A DNA stretch of 64,000 nucleotides from an uncultured Eubacteriales bacterium (GCA_949747905.1 CATKEF010000053.1:135-64134), one strand, 5' to 3'. Counted from the first letter of the stretch, positions 1 to 10,246 are shown. A program made the numbers and translations. The notes: generated by a model not told the origin, from the sequence alone.

Positions 1-394
1 CGACGAGGCTTTGAAAAACGGAGAAAGTACAGAAGACACTGTTCTCGGGGATATATTCAAAAACGCAATAAACGACGCTAAAGTTACAGTAAAATTTGAA
101 AGTCTGAAAAATTCCGAGCTCCCCGCAGTAATAGTCGTTGACGAATATATGCGTCGCTATTCGGAAATGGGGCAAATTTACGGTATGAGCGACGGCGTTT
201 TTCCCACTACGATGATTGTAAATATGAATTGTCCAATAATTGCAAACGTTAAAACCCTCGACGAAGAAAAGCAGTCTTTCGTTGCAAAATATATCTATTT
301 GCAGGCTCTTGCTTCTTATAAAAAACTTACGCAGGATGAATCCGACGAGTTCAATAAAGCCAATTTCAAACTGCTTTCGTATTATATGAATTAA
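1..394 (+). CDS. htpG: C-terminal fragment of chaperone HtpG (Hsp90 family); 5' end lies off-window
   Basis: The frame is open to the window edge. The tail resembles the HtpG C-terminal region (VVDEYMRRYSEM, IVNMNCPIIANVKTL). A hairpin terminator follows. Confidence 0.55.
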   Translation, partial: DEALKNGESTEDTVLGDIFKNAINDAKVTVKFESLKNSELPAVIVVDEYMRRYSEMGQIYGMSDGVFPTTMIVNMNCPIIANVKTLDEEKQSFVAKYIYLQALASYKKLTQDESDEFNKANFKLLSYYMN

Positions 395-399
395 AATAT

Positions 400-430
400 A
401 AACTCTCCGATATCGGGGAGTTTATATTTT
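400..430 (+). terminator. Rho-independent terminator after htpG
   Basis: Hairpin AAACTCTCCGATATCGGGGAGTTT followed by the T-rich run TTTATATTTT. Confidence 0.7.
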
Positions 431-536
431 ATAGTTTTGAACACGTAATGTGAAAGTATAAAATTTGGAAAAATATTGCAAAAATTTTAAATTCGCTATT
501 GAAATGACGAATATAATATGTTAAAATAAATAAGGT

Positions 537-2414
537 ATGAGAAGGGGCAATTCGATAAACCGAACGCTTAATGATTTTCACGCCGGCAAAGATTGTAAGG
601 CTTACGATTTTTTCGGTTGTCATCCGGTCTCTGACGGTAAGTTCACTTTCAGAGTATGGGCTCCGCGTGCTTTTAAAGTTTTTGTGACAGGAACGTTCAG
701 CAATTGGAATGAAATCGAAATGTCCGAACTTGCCGATAATGAATGTTTTGAGATAACCGTTGCCGCCGAGGAAGGCGACAAATACAGATATATTATCGAA
801 ACATCCGACGGAAGAAGAATTAGTAAAGCAGACCCGTATGCGTTTTTATTCAGCCTGCCGCCCGATTGGGCGTCTGTTGTATATGTGCAGCCTCAGATGC
901 TGAAAAACGATAGTCTGTTTTTGCCGCTCAAATACGACGAACCTGTAAATATATACGAAGTTAATCTGCTTTCCTGGAAACGGCATAAAGACGGTTCTTA
1001 CTATACATATAAGGAATTATCGAAAGAACTGGTTCCTTATGTGCGCGATATGGGGTATACGCACGTCGAATTTATGCCGGTCAATGAGTTCCCTTTCGAC
1101 GGTTCCTGGGGGTATCAGGTTACGGGTTATTTTTCCGTAACGTCGCGTATGGGCACACCCGAAGATTTTAGTGCACTGGTAGATGATTTTCATAAAAACA
1201 ACATATCTGTAATAGTCGACTGGGTGCCTGCACATTTTCCCAAAGACGACTGGGGACTTTACGAATTCGACGGCGCGCCTTTGTATGAATGTCCTTTATG
1301 GGACAGAATGGAACACAGCGGCTGGGGTACAAGAAAATTCGACTTCGGCAGAGGTGAAGTTGACAGTTTTTTGTTGTCGAGCGCACACTTTTTGTTTGAT
1401 GTATACGGTATAGACGGACTCAGGGTGGACGCAGTGGCATCTATGCTCTATCTCAATTACGACAGGGCTGATGATGATTTTACTCCTAATGAAAACGGCG
1501 GAAATACAAATACCGAAGCGATAGCATTTATAAAAAAATTAAATTCATCATTAAAAAAGAGCTATCCGGGAGCGATAATTATAGCAGAAGAATCCACTGC
1601 GTTTCCGAAAATTACCGAAAAAACGGAAAACGGCGGACTGGGATTTGACTATAAATGGAATATGGGTTGGATGAACGACGTATTGTTTTATTGCAGACAA
1701 GACCCGTATTTCCGCAATCATCACCATGAAAAATTAACGTTTTCCATGGTATATTCATTCGGTGAAAAATACGTTTTACCGCTTTCGCATGACGAAGTCG
1801 TGCATGTCAAAGGCTCTATCGTAAATAAAATGCCGGGCGAATATGCGGACAAGTTTGCCGGTGAGCGCGCGTTGCTTGGTTTTATGTATGCGCATCCTGG
1901 GAAAAAACTCAATTTCATGGGTTATGAATTTTCTCAGTTCAAGGAGTGGGATTACAGAACAGGTCTGGAATTTTTTCTAAAAGACTTTGAGTTTCACAAT
2001 AAAATGAGTGTGTTTGTTAAAGAACTCAATTTCTTTTACAGAGCAAACGCTCCATTATATGAAATAGAAAATGATTGGACGGGCTTCAAGTGGCTTATTG
2101 TGGATGATAAGTACCATAATGTAATTGCTTTTTCAAGACAATCTTTGAGTGGTGAAAATATTGTCGTAGTAATAAATTTTTCGGGAATAGATTTGCCTGA
2201 TTATAAAATACCCGTTGAACAAGGCAAATACCGCGTAATTTTAAATACGGACGATAAAAAGTTCGGCGGGCGCGGCGTTTTACGAAAGAAAAGTTATATT
2301 ATTGGTAATCAAACCGGTAAAAGTGAAGAAAATTTATTAAATATTTATCTTCCGAAACTTACCTGTCTGTATATAAATAAAGAAATCTTATTGGGGGATT
2401 TTAAGCAATGCTAA
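537..2414 (+). CDS. glgB: 1,4-alpha-glucan branching enzyme
   Basis: 625-aa ORF with GH13 catalytic signatures ([31 protein letters not shown]). It is the first gene of a glgBCDAP-type cluster. Confidence 0.9.
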   Translation: MRRGNSINRTLNDFHAGKDCKAYDFFGCHPVSDGKFTFRVWAPRAFKVFVTGTFSNWNEIEMSELADNECFEITVAAEEGDKYRYIIETSDGRRISKADPYAFLFSLPPDWASVVYVQPQMLKNDSLFLPLKYDEPVNIYEVNLLSWKRHKDGSYYTYKELSKELVPYVRDMGYTHVEFMPVNEFPFDGSWGYQVTGYFSVTSRMGTPEDFSALVDDFHKNNISVIVDWVPAHFPKDDWGLYEFDGAPLYECPLWDRMEHSGWGTRKFDFGRGEVDSFLLSSAHFLFDVYGIDGLRVDAVASMLYLNYDRADDDFTPNENGGNTNTEAIAFIKKLNSSLKKSYPGAIIIAEESTAFPKITEKTENGGLGFDYKWNMGWMNDVLFYCRQDPYFRNHHHEKLTFSMVYSFGEKYVLPLSHDEVVHVKGSIVNKMPGEYADKFAGERALLGFMYAHPGKKLNFMGYEFSQFKEWDYRTGLEFFLKDFEFHNKMSVFVKELNFFYRANAPLYEIENDWTGFKWLIVDDKYHNVIAFSRQSLSGENIVVVINFSGIDLPDYKIPVEQGKYRVILNTDDKKFGGRGVLRKKSYIIGNQTGKSEENLLNIYLPKLTCLYINKEILLGDFKQC

Positions 2415-3610
2415 GAAAAAAAGAATGTGTTGCAATGTTGCTTGCCGGTGGTCAGGGTAGCAGACTCTATGCACTGACGAGCAATATAGCAAAACCTGCG
2501 GTTTCGTTTGGCTCGAAATACAGAATTATAGATTTTCCGTTGTCAAACTGCATTAACTCCGGTATTGATACTGTCGGAGTTCTTACTCAGTACCAACCTT
2601 TGGTACTCAACGAGTACGTAGGAAACGGACAGCCCTGGGATCTTGACAGAACTTTCGGCGGTGTTCATATACTTTCGCCTTACGAGGCAAAGCAGGATAC
2701 TTCATGGTATAAAGGAACCGCAAACGCGATTTATCAGAATATAAGGTTTATGAAAATGTATGACCCTGAATATATTCTGATACTTTCGGGCGACCATATC
2801 TATAAAATGGATTACGACAAAATGCTTAATGCGCACAAGAATGCAAACGCCGCGTGTACTATTGCATGTATGCAGGTGCCCATTAAAGAAGCGTCGAGAT
2901 TCGGAATTCTGAATACTAATCCTGACGGAACCATTTATGAGTTTGAAGAAAAACCCAAAGCGCCCAAGAGCGATTTGGCGTCAATGGGAATTTATATTTT
3001 TACCGCATCCAAACTTTATAAATATCTTGAGGATGACGATAAAAATCCCGAGTCGGAAAAGGATTTCGGCAAAAATGTTCTTCCCGCAATGCTGAACGCG
3101 GGAGAAAAAATGTATTCTTACCGTTTCGAAGGATACTGGAAAGACGTGGGAACCATCAGTTCGCTCTGGGAGGCCAATATGGACTTGTTGGGCACGGTTC
3201 CGAACTTCGAGCTGAACGACAGAGACCGCGTTATACATTCCAGAAGTCCTTTAGCGCCGCCGGCGTTCGTCGAAGGCGAGGTTGTAAACTCAATTGTTGC
3301 AACAGGCGGTGAAATAGAAGGCAAAGTGGTTAATTCCGTCGTAGGCACCAATTGCGTAATCGAAAAAGGCGCGGAAGTGAGTGATTGCGTTCTCATGGGC
3401 AACATTACCGTAAAGGCAGGCTCGAAACTCAATTACGCAATTATAGATGAAGATGTTACAATCGGCGAAAACGCAGTTATCGGTGAACCCATAGATACCG
3501 CAGGTAAACTTGAAGGAAAAACTTCCGGCATAACGGTGCTAGGAAGAGGTATTTCCGTTAAGAAAAACGGTAAAGTACCCGCCGGCGAAATTGTCGATAA
3601 AAACGTATAA
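2408..3610 (+). CDS. glgC: glucose-1-phosphate adenylyltransferase, catalytic subunit
   Basis: [10 protein letters not shown] nucleotide-binding loop, FEEKP motif and C-terminal beta-helix repeats. It overlaps the glgB stop by 7 nt. Confidence 0.92.
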   Translation: MLRKKECVAMLLAGGQGSRLYALTSNIAKPAVSFGSKYRIIDFPLSNCINSGIDTVGVLTQYQPLVLNEYVGNGQPWDLDRTFGGVHILSPYEAKQDTSWYKGTANAIYQNIRFMKMYDPEYILILSGDHIYKMDYDKMLNAHKNANAACTIACMQVPIKEASRFGILNTNPDGTIYEFEEKPKAPKSDLASMGIYIFTASKLYKYLEDDDKNPESEKDFGKNVLPAMLNAGEKMYSYRFEGYWKDVGTISSLWEANMDLLGTVPNFELNDRDRVIHSRSPLAPPAFVEGEVVNSIVATGGEIEGKVVNSVVGTNCVIEKGAEVSDCVLMGNITVKAGSKLNYAIIDEDVTIGENAVIGEPIDTAGKLEGKTSGITVLGRGISVKKNGKVPAGEIVDKNV

Positions 3611-3623
3611 GGAGGAAATGAAT

Positions 3624-4730
3624 ATGGCATCAACGGTCGGAGTTATTTTTTCAAGTATAAACGATGAGAGTGTTCCGGAACTTACCCGTGCAAGGTCAAT
3701 GGCATCCATTCCTTACGGCGGCAGATATCGTCTGGTCGACTTTGCTCTTTCGAATATGGTGAATTCGGGCATTACAACTGTCGGTATGCTTACTAAAAAT
3801 AATTACCAGTCGCTTATGGACCATCTCGGTTCGGGCAAAAACTGGGATTTGGCAAGAAAAGAAGGAGGACTTATACTTTTGCCTCCTTACAGCGACGAAA
3901 GCGAAATTCTGTATAAAAACCGTTTGGAGGCATTGAAAGGCGCTACCGCGTTTCTGAAAAAAGCCAAAGAAGATTTCGTTGTGTTGACGGACAGCGATTC
4001 GATTTACAGACTCGATTACAGCAAAGTAATCGAGTATCATATAAGTAAAAATGCCGATATTACAATGGTCTATCACGAGCACGAACTCGTTAAATCTCAT
4101 TATTATATGACATTGAATACGGCGAAAGACGGAAGAATTACGGGACTGGAAATCAATCCCGCTGCCTCCGGAATAAAGAAAAATTATATTAATGTAATGG
4201 TTGCGCGCCGCACATATCTTCTAAGACTCGTTCAGGATGCCATACAACACGGTTATACCAGTTTCGGCAGAGATATTTTAAGCCCCGGTGTAAAATCGCT
4301 CAACATGTATGCCTACAAACTCGAGGGATATTACGCGAGCATAACATCTATAAATGCATACTTCAATGCAAATATGGACCTTTTGAATAAAAACATCAGG
4401 AACGAGATATTCGGAGACAGGGACGTTTATACAAAAGTCAACGACAGTGCGCCCGCAAAATTCTTATCTGAGGCAAAAGTGAGGAATTCGCTCATTTCCG
4501 ACGGCTGCGTTATCGAAGGAGAAGTTGAAAACTGTATTCTTTTCCGCGGCGTTAAGATAGGTAAAGGAGCAGTCGTTAAAAATTGCATTCTAATGACCGA
4601 TAATATTATAGGCGACGGTTGTAATCTTGCTTACGTCGGGAGTGATAAAAATTCGGTTATTCGCGACGGTCGTGTGCTTGCCGGATGCGAAATTCAGCCT
4701 TATTTTATAAACAAAGGCTCACTTATATAA
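3624..4730 (+). CDS. glgD: glucose-1-phosphate adenylyltransferase, GlgD regulatory subunit
   Basis: GlgC paralog lacking the GGxGxRL loop. I moved the start to ATG 3624, 8 nt after AAGGAGG. The ORF-track start at 3591 lies inside glgC. Confidence 0.85.
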   Translation: MASTVGVIFSSINDESVPELTRARSMASIPYGGRYRLVDFALSNMVNSGITTVGMLTKNNYQSLMDHLGSGKNWDLARKEGGLILLPPYSDESEILYKNRLEALKGATAFLKKAKEDFVVLTDSDSIYRLDYSKVIEYHISKNADITMVYHEHELVKSHYYMTLNTAKDGRITGLEINPAASGIKKNYINVMVARRTYLLRLVQDAIQHGYTSFGRDILSPGVKSLNMYAYKLEGYYASITSINAYFNANMDLLNKNIRNEIFGDRDVYTKVNDSAPAKFLSEAKVRNSLISDGCVIEGEVENCILFRGVKIGKGAVVKNCILMTDNIIGDGCNLAYVGSDKNSVIRDGRVLAGCEIQPYFINKGSLI

Positions 4731-4748
4731 CATAATCGGGGGAAAATC

Positions 4749-6281
4749 ATGGCAACAACCAAAACTTCAAAGACAACTAAAACTCAAAGTAAAAATACGA
4801 CTGCCGCACCGAAAAGTGTCAGAACTACAACTAAAAAACCTGCAGTAAAGAAAACCGCGACTTCCGAAAAGAAAAAAATTCTTTTTGTAGCTTCGGAATC
4901 TACACCGTTTATAGCTACGGGAGGTCTTGCTGAAGTAGTCGGCTCACTTTCAAAATCGCTTGTGGCTGACGGAGGTTATGACGTAAGAGTTATTTTGCCA
5001 CTGTATTCCGATATCAGAAAGGAATACAGAGAGCAGTTTACTTATTTGGGAAATCTTTATGTTCATCTTGCATGGAGAAATCAATACTGCGGAGTTTTCT
5101 CCTGCGTTAAAGACGGCGTGACGTTTTATTTCATCGATAATGAATTTTATTTCAAACGTCCCGGTTGTTACGGCTACTATGACGATGGCGAGAGATTTGC
5201 TTTTTTCTGCAAAAGCGTTCTTGAAGTAATGCCTTTCATAAACTTTTATCCCGATGTTATGCATTGCCACGACTGGCAAGCTGCATTGGCGGCAATTTAT
5301 TTGAAAACCAACTATTGTTTCAGAGAAGAGTATCAATATATAAGAGCGCTTTTTACAATACATAACATAGAATATCAGGGACAGTATTCTCTTGACCTTT
5401 TAAATGATTTATTCGATATTTACGGTACTTATCAGTATCTTGTCGAATATAAAAATTGCATAAATCTTATGAAAGGCGCAATAGAATGTTGCGAGAAATT
5501 TTCGACGGTCAGTCCCCGATATGCCGAAGAAATCAAAAACGAGTATTATGCGCACGGTCTTGACCCCATAATAAGAAGAAACGAATTTAAATTGACAGGT
5601 ATCCTGAACGGAATCGACGATGTAAGTTATAATTGCGCTCTCGACAGTCATTTGTTCGCTAATTTCACTCCAGACGATTTCTCAAATAAAGCAATATGTA
5701 AAAAAGAATTGCAAAAAATGCTCGGTTTGCCACAGAAAGCCGAAGTACCTGTTATTTCAATGGTTTCGCGCCTTGTATCCCATAAAGGGCTTGACCTTGT
5801 TACTACGGTTGTTGAAGAATTATTGCAGGACGATGTGCAGGTTGTTATTCTCGGAACAGGGGATTCGCATTTTGAAGGATATTTCCGTAGCCTTGCAAGC
5901 AGATATCCGGAAAAATTAAGCGCAAATATAGTTTTTAACGGCGATTTATCAAGAAAAATTTATTCCGGTTCTGATATTTTTCTTATGCCGTCCAAATCAG
6001 AGCCCTGCGGGCTGTCTCAGATGATTGCTTGCCGCTATGGCACGATTCCCGTCGTAAGAGAAACGGGAGGTCTCTACGACAGCATTAAACCGCTTGTAAA
6101 CGGTTATACATTCACTAATTACAATGCTCACGATATGTTGTATGTAATACGCGAAGCTATAACCGATTATAAAAATAAAGACGAATGGTCAAAATTAATG
6201 TACAGAGCGGCGACAACCGATTTCAGTTGGAGTCATTCTGCAAAGGAATACGAGTCTCTGTATCTGTCATTGCTTAAATAA
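4749..6281 (+). CDS. glgA: glycogen synthase (GT5) with an unusual Lys/Thr-rich N-terminal extension
   Basis: The canonical N-terminal motif KILFVASESTPFIATGGLAEV begins only at about residue 43. C-terminal motif PSKSEPCGLSQM. A GGGGGA RBS precedes ATG 4749. Confidence 0.9.
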   Translation: MATTKTSKTTKTQSKNTTAAPKSVRTTTKKPAVKKTATSEKKKILFVASESTPFIATGGLAEVVGSLSKSLVADGGYDVRVILPLYSDIRKEYREQFTYLGNLYVHLAWRNQYCGVFSCVKDGVTFYFIDNEFYFKRPGCYGYYDDGERFAFFCKSVLEVMPFINFYPDVMHCHDWQAALAAIYLKTNYCFREEYQYIRALFTIHNIEYQGQYSLDLLNDLFDIYGTYQYLVEYKNCINLMKGAIECCEKFSTVSPRYAEEIKNEYYAHGLDPIIRRNEFKLTGILNGIDDVSYNCALDSHLFANFTPDDFSNKAICKKELQKMLGLPQKAEVPVISMVSRLVSHKGLDLVTTVVEELLQDDVQVVILGTGDSHFEGYFRSLASRYPEKLSANIVFNGDLSRKIYSGSDIFLMPSKSEPCGLSQMIACRYGTIPVVRETGGLYDSIKPLVNGYTFTNYNAHDMLYVIREAITDYKNKDEWSKLMYRAATTDFSWSHSAKEYESLYLSLLK

Positions 6282-6303
6282 TTTTACTGAACAGGAGAAC
6301 AGA

Positions 6304-8733
6304 ATGAGTAATACCGCTATTACCGAGAAAGAAGTTAAGGAGTTAATAAAGGGCAAACTTGCGAGATATTTCGGGGTTGCGCCCGCCGAGGCTTCCAAAG
6401 AACAAATCTATAAAGCGGTTGTCTTATCGGTAAGAGATATTTTACTGGAAAAAAGACAGCACTTTCACAAAAAAGCTAAAGCAAAACGTGCAAAGAGAGT
6501 TTATTATCTTTGCATGGAATTTTTGATGGGACGTTCGTTAAAGAATAGTTTATACAATCTCAGCGCTACGTCCGTATTTGAAAAGGCCGTTTCGTCGCTT
6601 GGACTTTCGTTGGAAGATTTGTATGAACTCGAACCCGACGCAGGATTGGGTAACGGCGGTTTGGGCAGACTTGCAGCTTGTTTTATGGATGCCCTCGCTA
6701 CAGGTAATTATCCTGCAATGGGATATTCGTTGCGTTACGAATACGGACTGTTCAAGCAGAAAATCGTAGACGGTTGGCGGATTGAATTGCCAGATGTTTG
6801 GTTGCCCGGCGGCGAAGCATGGTTAACGCAGAGGACCGATAAATCTTTTATCGTGAGATTCAACGGACAAATCGAAGAGAAGTGGACAAAGAATGGACTT
6901 CAAACCAATTACGTAAATTGTGACGAAGTTCAGGCTGTTGCATACGATATGATGGTATCGGGCAAAGACAGCGAAGCCGTATCTGTATTGCGTCTTTGGA
7001 AGGCAAAAGCGGTACAGGACTTTAATATGAAGCTGTTTTCTCAGGGCGAATATTATCAGGCCATGACGCTTGATAACGACGCCGACCTTCTGACAAAAGT
7101 TCTATATCCTGCGGATAATCACAATGCCGGAAAATCTCTTAGACTCAAACAACAATATTTTCTTTGCTCTGCGTCCATACAGAATATCGTAGAGGACCAT
7201 AGGCATAGATACGGCGATTTGCGCGATTTACCTAAACTGGCAGCAATTCATTTAAACGATACTCATCCAGCGCTTGCAATACCCGAGCTTATGCGCGTTT
7301 TAATCGATGAATATTATTTCGACTGGGAGCAAGCCTGGGCAATCACCACCGCAACTTGCGCTTATACAAATCATACCGTATTGGCTGAAGCGTTGGAGAC
7401 TTGGTCGGAAGAGCTGGTCGGAAGGACTTTACCGAGAATTCATTCTATAATCAAGGAAATAAACAGAAGATTATGCGTTGAATTATGGGACAGATTCCCG
7501 GGTGAATGGGCTAAAATTTCGAGGATGTCCATTATCGAGCACGACCGCGTAAAAATGGCCAATTTATCCGTTTACGGCGGTCATTGCGTAAACGGCGTTT
7601 CCGCATTGCATAGCGAAATCATTAAAAATTCGGTTTTCAAGGATTTTCATGATTTTACACCGGAGAAGTTCACGAACGTTACCAACGGTATTGCACATAG
7701 ACGTTGGCTCAATCAATCGAATCCGGAGCTTGCAGCACTTTTAAACGAATGCATTGGAACGGGATACGAATTAGACGGTCCACAACTCGCCGAGTTTGCA
7801 AAATACGAGAACGACGAGACCGTTTTAAAAAGACTTGATGAAATAAAACTTTTAAAGAAAAAGCAGTTTGTAGATTTTGCAAAGAAAAAGCAGGGAGTTA
7901 TAATCAATCCCGAAACACTTTTCGACGTGCAGGCGAAACGGCTCCACGAATATAAAAGACAGCTTTTGAATGTCCTTAATATAATCGACTCGTATCTTGA
8001 ATTGCAGGAAAACGAAAACGCTATGATTGTTCCCAAAACTTATATTTTCGGAGCAAAGGCGGCGCCCGGATACGATATGGCAAAGAAAATTATTAAACTT
8101 ATAAACTTTCTTGCCGAAGAAATCAAATCAAATCCGAAAATAAACGAAAAACTGAACGTCGTTTATATGGAAGACTACAATGTCACTATGTCTGAAAAAC
8201 TGATGCCCGCATCGGAAATTTCGGAACAAATTTCTCTTGCCGGTAAAGAAGCAAGCGGCACCGGCAATATGAAATTCATGATAAACGGTGCTTTGACAAT
8301 AGGAACTCTCGACGGCGCAAACGTAGAAATGGCGGAAAGTGTAGGCAGAGACAATATTTTCATTTTCGGATTCAAAGCTAACGAAGTTGATGAAATATGG
8401 CGTAACGGTTATAGCTCGAGTGTTTACTACAATGAGTCGACTAAACTCAGAAGAATTATAGAAGCCTTGATAATCGGATTTAACGGCGAATCATTTTCGG
8501 ATATTGCAAATTATCTTTTAACTTATTTGCCGGTTGCCGACCCGTATATGTGCATGGCCGATTTTGCCGATTACAGCAACACTCAGACCAAAATTTCAAA
8601 ACTTTATCTTAATGATAAAATGCAATGGAATAAAATGTCGCTGAGAAATATTGCGGCTTCAGGAATTTTTGCCGCAGACAGAGCGATTTCGGAATATGCT
8701 CAAAATATTTGGTCACTGAAAAGTTTTAAGTGA
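6304..8733 (+). CDS. glgP: glycogen/maltodextrin phosphorylase (GT35)
   Basis: EPDAGLGNGGLGRLAAC and the PLP-lysine region AGKEASGTGNMKFM. The gene ends in TGA, so TGA is a stop codon in this host. Confidence 0.93.
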   Translation: MSNTAITEKEVKELIKGKLARYFGVAPAEASKEQIYKAVVLSVRDILLEKRQHFHKKAKAKRAKRVYYLCMEFLMGRSLKNSLYNLSATSVFEKAVSSLGLSLEDLYELEPDAGLGNGGLGRLAACFMDALATGNYPAMGYSLRYEYGLFKQKIVDGWRIELPDVWLPGGEAWLTQRTDKSFIVRFNGQIEEKWTKNGLQTNYVNCDEVQAVAYDMMVSGKDSEAVSVLRLWKAKAVQDFNMKLFSQGEYYQAMTLDNDADLLTKVLYPADNHNAGKSLRLKQQYFLCSASIQNIVEDHRHRYGDLRDLPKLAAIHLNDTHPALAIPELMRVLIDEYYFDWEQAWAITTATCAYTNHTVLAEALETWSEELVGRTLPRIHSIIKEINRRLCVELWDRFPGEWAKISRMSIIEHDRVKMANLSVYGGHCVNGVSALHSEIIKNSVFKDFHDFTPEKFTNVTNGIAHRRWLNQSNPELAALLNECIGTGYELDGPQLAEFAKYENDETVLKRLDEIKLLKKKQFVDFAKKKQGVIINPETLFDVQAKRLHEYKRQLLNVLNIIDSYLELQENENAMIVPKTYIFGAKAAPGYDMAKKIIKLINFLAEEIKSNPKINEKLNVVYMEDYNVTMSEKLMPASEISEQISLAGKEASGTGNMKFMINGALTIGTLDGANVEMAESVGRDNIFIFGFKANEVDEIWRNGYSSSVYYNESTKLRRIIEALIIGFNGESFSDIANYLLTYLPVADPYMCMADFADYSNTQTKISKLYLNDKMQWNKMSLRNIAASGIFAADRAISEYAQNIWSLKSFK

Positions 8734-8888
8734 TTTTATTGACGTTATGTCAGACATAGTTCGGTTTTATTGTATTTTAAAACCGACTTTTATGTTGTTT
8801 TTCTCAGATATTTAATAAAAACAATAAAACACTTCGTAAAACCTGTGTTTTACGAAGTGTTAAACATACTACCTCAAACAGAAAATCA

Positions 8889-9944
8889 ATGGCAACTAAC
8901 TATTATACCGAAAGAAACAATAAAAATCTGCAAACTCTCGAACGGCTCCTCGATGAAGAATTGCCGTCATTTTGCTATGATTATTTTCTTTCGATTGACA
9001 GCCGCACCTCTACATTGACCCGTTTGAATTACGCGCACGATTTAAAAATATTTTTTTATTTTTTACAGGAAAAAAAGTTTCGCGGAAACAAAAAAATCAA
9101 AGAATTAACTTTGTTCGATTTGGAATCCGTTTCAAGCACCGACGTCGAACTTTTTTTAAGTTACCTCTCCCATTACTTCTATGCCGGCAAAGAACATACA
9201 TGTAGCGAACAAGCAAAAGCGCGCAAACTTTCTTCCTTACGCGCGATGTTTAAATTTTATTTTAACAGAGGATTAATCGCTGTAGATAATTCGGCAAAGG
9301 TTTCTTCGCCTAAATTACATGAAAAACCTATTGTCAGACTTGATTCCGACGAGGTTTTCAATATCATAGAAACTGCTGAAAGCGGATACGGGCTTACCGC
9401 CCACCAAAGAGTTTACCACGATAAAAATAAAGTCCGCGACACAGCAATAATTATGCTTTTTTTAGGTACGGGCATAAGAATCAGCGAGCTTGTCGGACTG
9501 AATAACGACGATTTGAACTTCAAAGACAATTCTTTTGTGGTTACGCGCAAAGGCGGGAATAAAGCCATCCTATTCTTTGATGCAGATGTAGCCGCCGCGT
9601 TGAAACGATATATTGATTATAAAGAAGAAAATGCAATCGATTCTATGGATCCCACCGCTCTCTTCATTTCCGCAAATAAAAGAAGAATTACGGTGCGTGC
9701 GGTAGAAAACCTCGTTCAGAAATATGCGAAAATAGTATCCCCTCTGAAAAAGATTTCGCCGCACAAGTTGCGCTCTACTTACGGCACGCAACTATACAAA
9801 GCTACAGGCGATATTTATGTCGTTGCGGATGTTTTAGGACATAAAGACGTAAACACAACGAGAAAACATTATGCCGCTATAAGCGAAGAAACACGAAAAG
9901 GTGTTGTCGGCAAAGTCAAATTAAAACCCGACGGCGAAGATTAA
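8889..9944 (+). CDS. tyrosine recombinase, XerC/XerD-like
   Basis: Catalytic-domain motifs GTGIRISEL (Arg), HKLRSTYGT, and LGHKDVNTTRKHY (His and Tyr). N-terminal core-binding domain. Confidence 0.8.
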   Translation: MATNYYTERNNKNLQTLERLLDEELPSFCYDYFLSIDSRTSTLTRLNYAHDLKIFFYFLQEKKFRGNKKIKELTLFDLESVSSTDVELFLSYLSHYFYAGKEHTCSEQAKARKLSSLRAMFKFYFNRGLIAVDNSAKVSSPKLHEKPIVRLDSDEVFNIIETAESGYGLTAHQRVYHDKNKVRDTAIIMLFLGTGIRISELVGLNNDDLNFKDNSFVVTRKGGNKAILFFDADVAAALKRYIDYKEENAIDSMDPTALFISANKRRITVRAVENLVQKYAKIVSPLKKISPHKLRSTYGTQLYKATGDIYVVADVLGHKDVNTTRKHYAAISEETRKGVVGKVKLKPDGED

Positions 9945-9959
9945 GCCGTCGGGTTTTTT
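9927..9959. terminator. Hairpin terminator shared by the convergent xer-like gene and the small Cys-rich ORF
   Basis: CCCGACGG ... CCGTCGGG followed by TTTTTT. A-rich on the other side. Confidence 0.65.
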
Positions 9960-10122
9960 ATTCTTCAGTTATTATTTTATCTATTTTAATTATTGCGTCA
10001 TCCTTTATATCCAGACACTTTCCGCAATTATCGCAGATTTTATTTTCGTCAAGGTCGCAAATATCACATTCTCCACAATTTATGCAGTCCCTCTCGTATA
10101 GAACACATTCTTTTTTTTCCAT
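9958..10122 (-). CDS. unannotated 54-aa cysteine-rich small protein (MEKKECVLYERDCINCGECDICDLDENKICDNCGKCLDIKDDAIIKIDKIITEE)
   Basis: Hand translation, since the ORF is below the ORF-track length cutoff. ATG at 10120-10122 lies 6 nt after AGGAG. Stop is TAA at 9958-9960. There are 8 Cys in the first 36 residues. It is divergent from lexA. Confidence 0.45.
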   Translation of the reverse strand: MEKKECVLYERDCINCGECDICDLDENKICDNCGKCLDIKDDAIIKIDKIITEE

Positions 10123-10190
10123 TTTTGAACTCCTGATTTTCTATAATTCAATTTTAATATTATATAAACTAAATTTCAAGTAAAAATAAG

Positions 10191-10204
10191 CAAACTTATG
10201 TTTG
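10191..10204. promoter_or_regulatory. candidate degenerate LexA operator (CAAAC-N4-GTTTG palindrome)
   Basis: Perfect palindrome CAAACTTATGTTTG, 43 nt upstream of the lexA ATG. It resembles the Firmicute GAAC-N4-GTTC/GTTT SOS box with A in place of G. Confidence 0.35.
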
Positions 10205-10246
10205 ATTTTTAAAAAATTTTCTGATACAATATATTTGAGGTGAAAA

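Noticed and set aside
8770-9018. 82-aa plus-strand ORF overlapping the start of the xer-like gene
   Set aside because: It spans terminator and hairpin DNA, is out of frame with the well-supported recombinase, and has no RBS.
10101-10112. GAACACATTC as a second LexA box
   Set aside because: Only one half-site (GAAC) matches and the second half is TTCT rather than GTTC. It also lies inside the small ORF's coding sequence.
9958-10122. The Cys-rich micro-ORF as a SCIFF-type or other radical-SAM-modified RiPP precursor
   Set aside because: No radical SAM maturase, peptidase or exporter is adjacent. The neighbours are the xer-like recombinase and lexA. The Cys cluster is also N-terminal or central rather than C-terminal.
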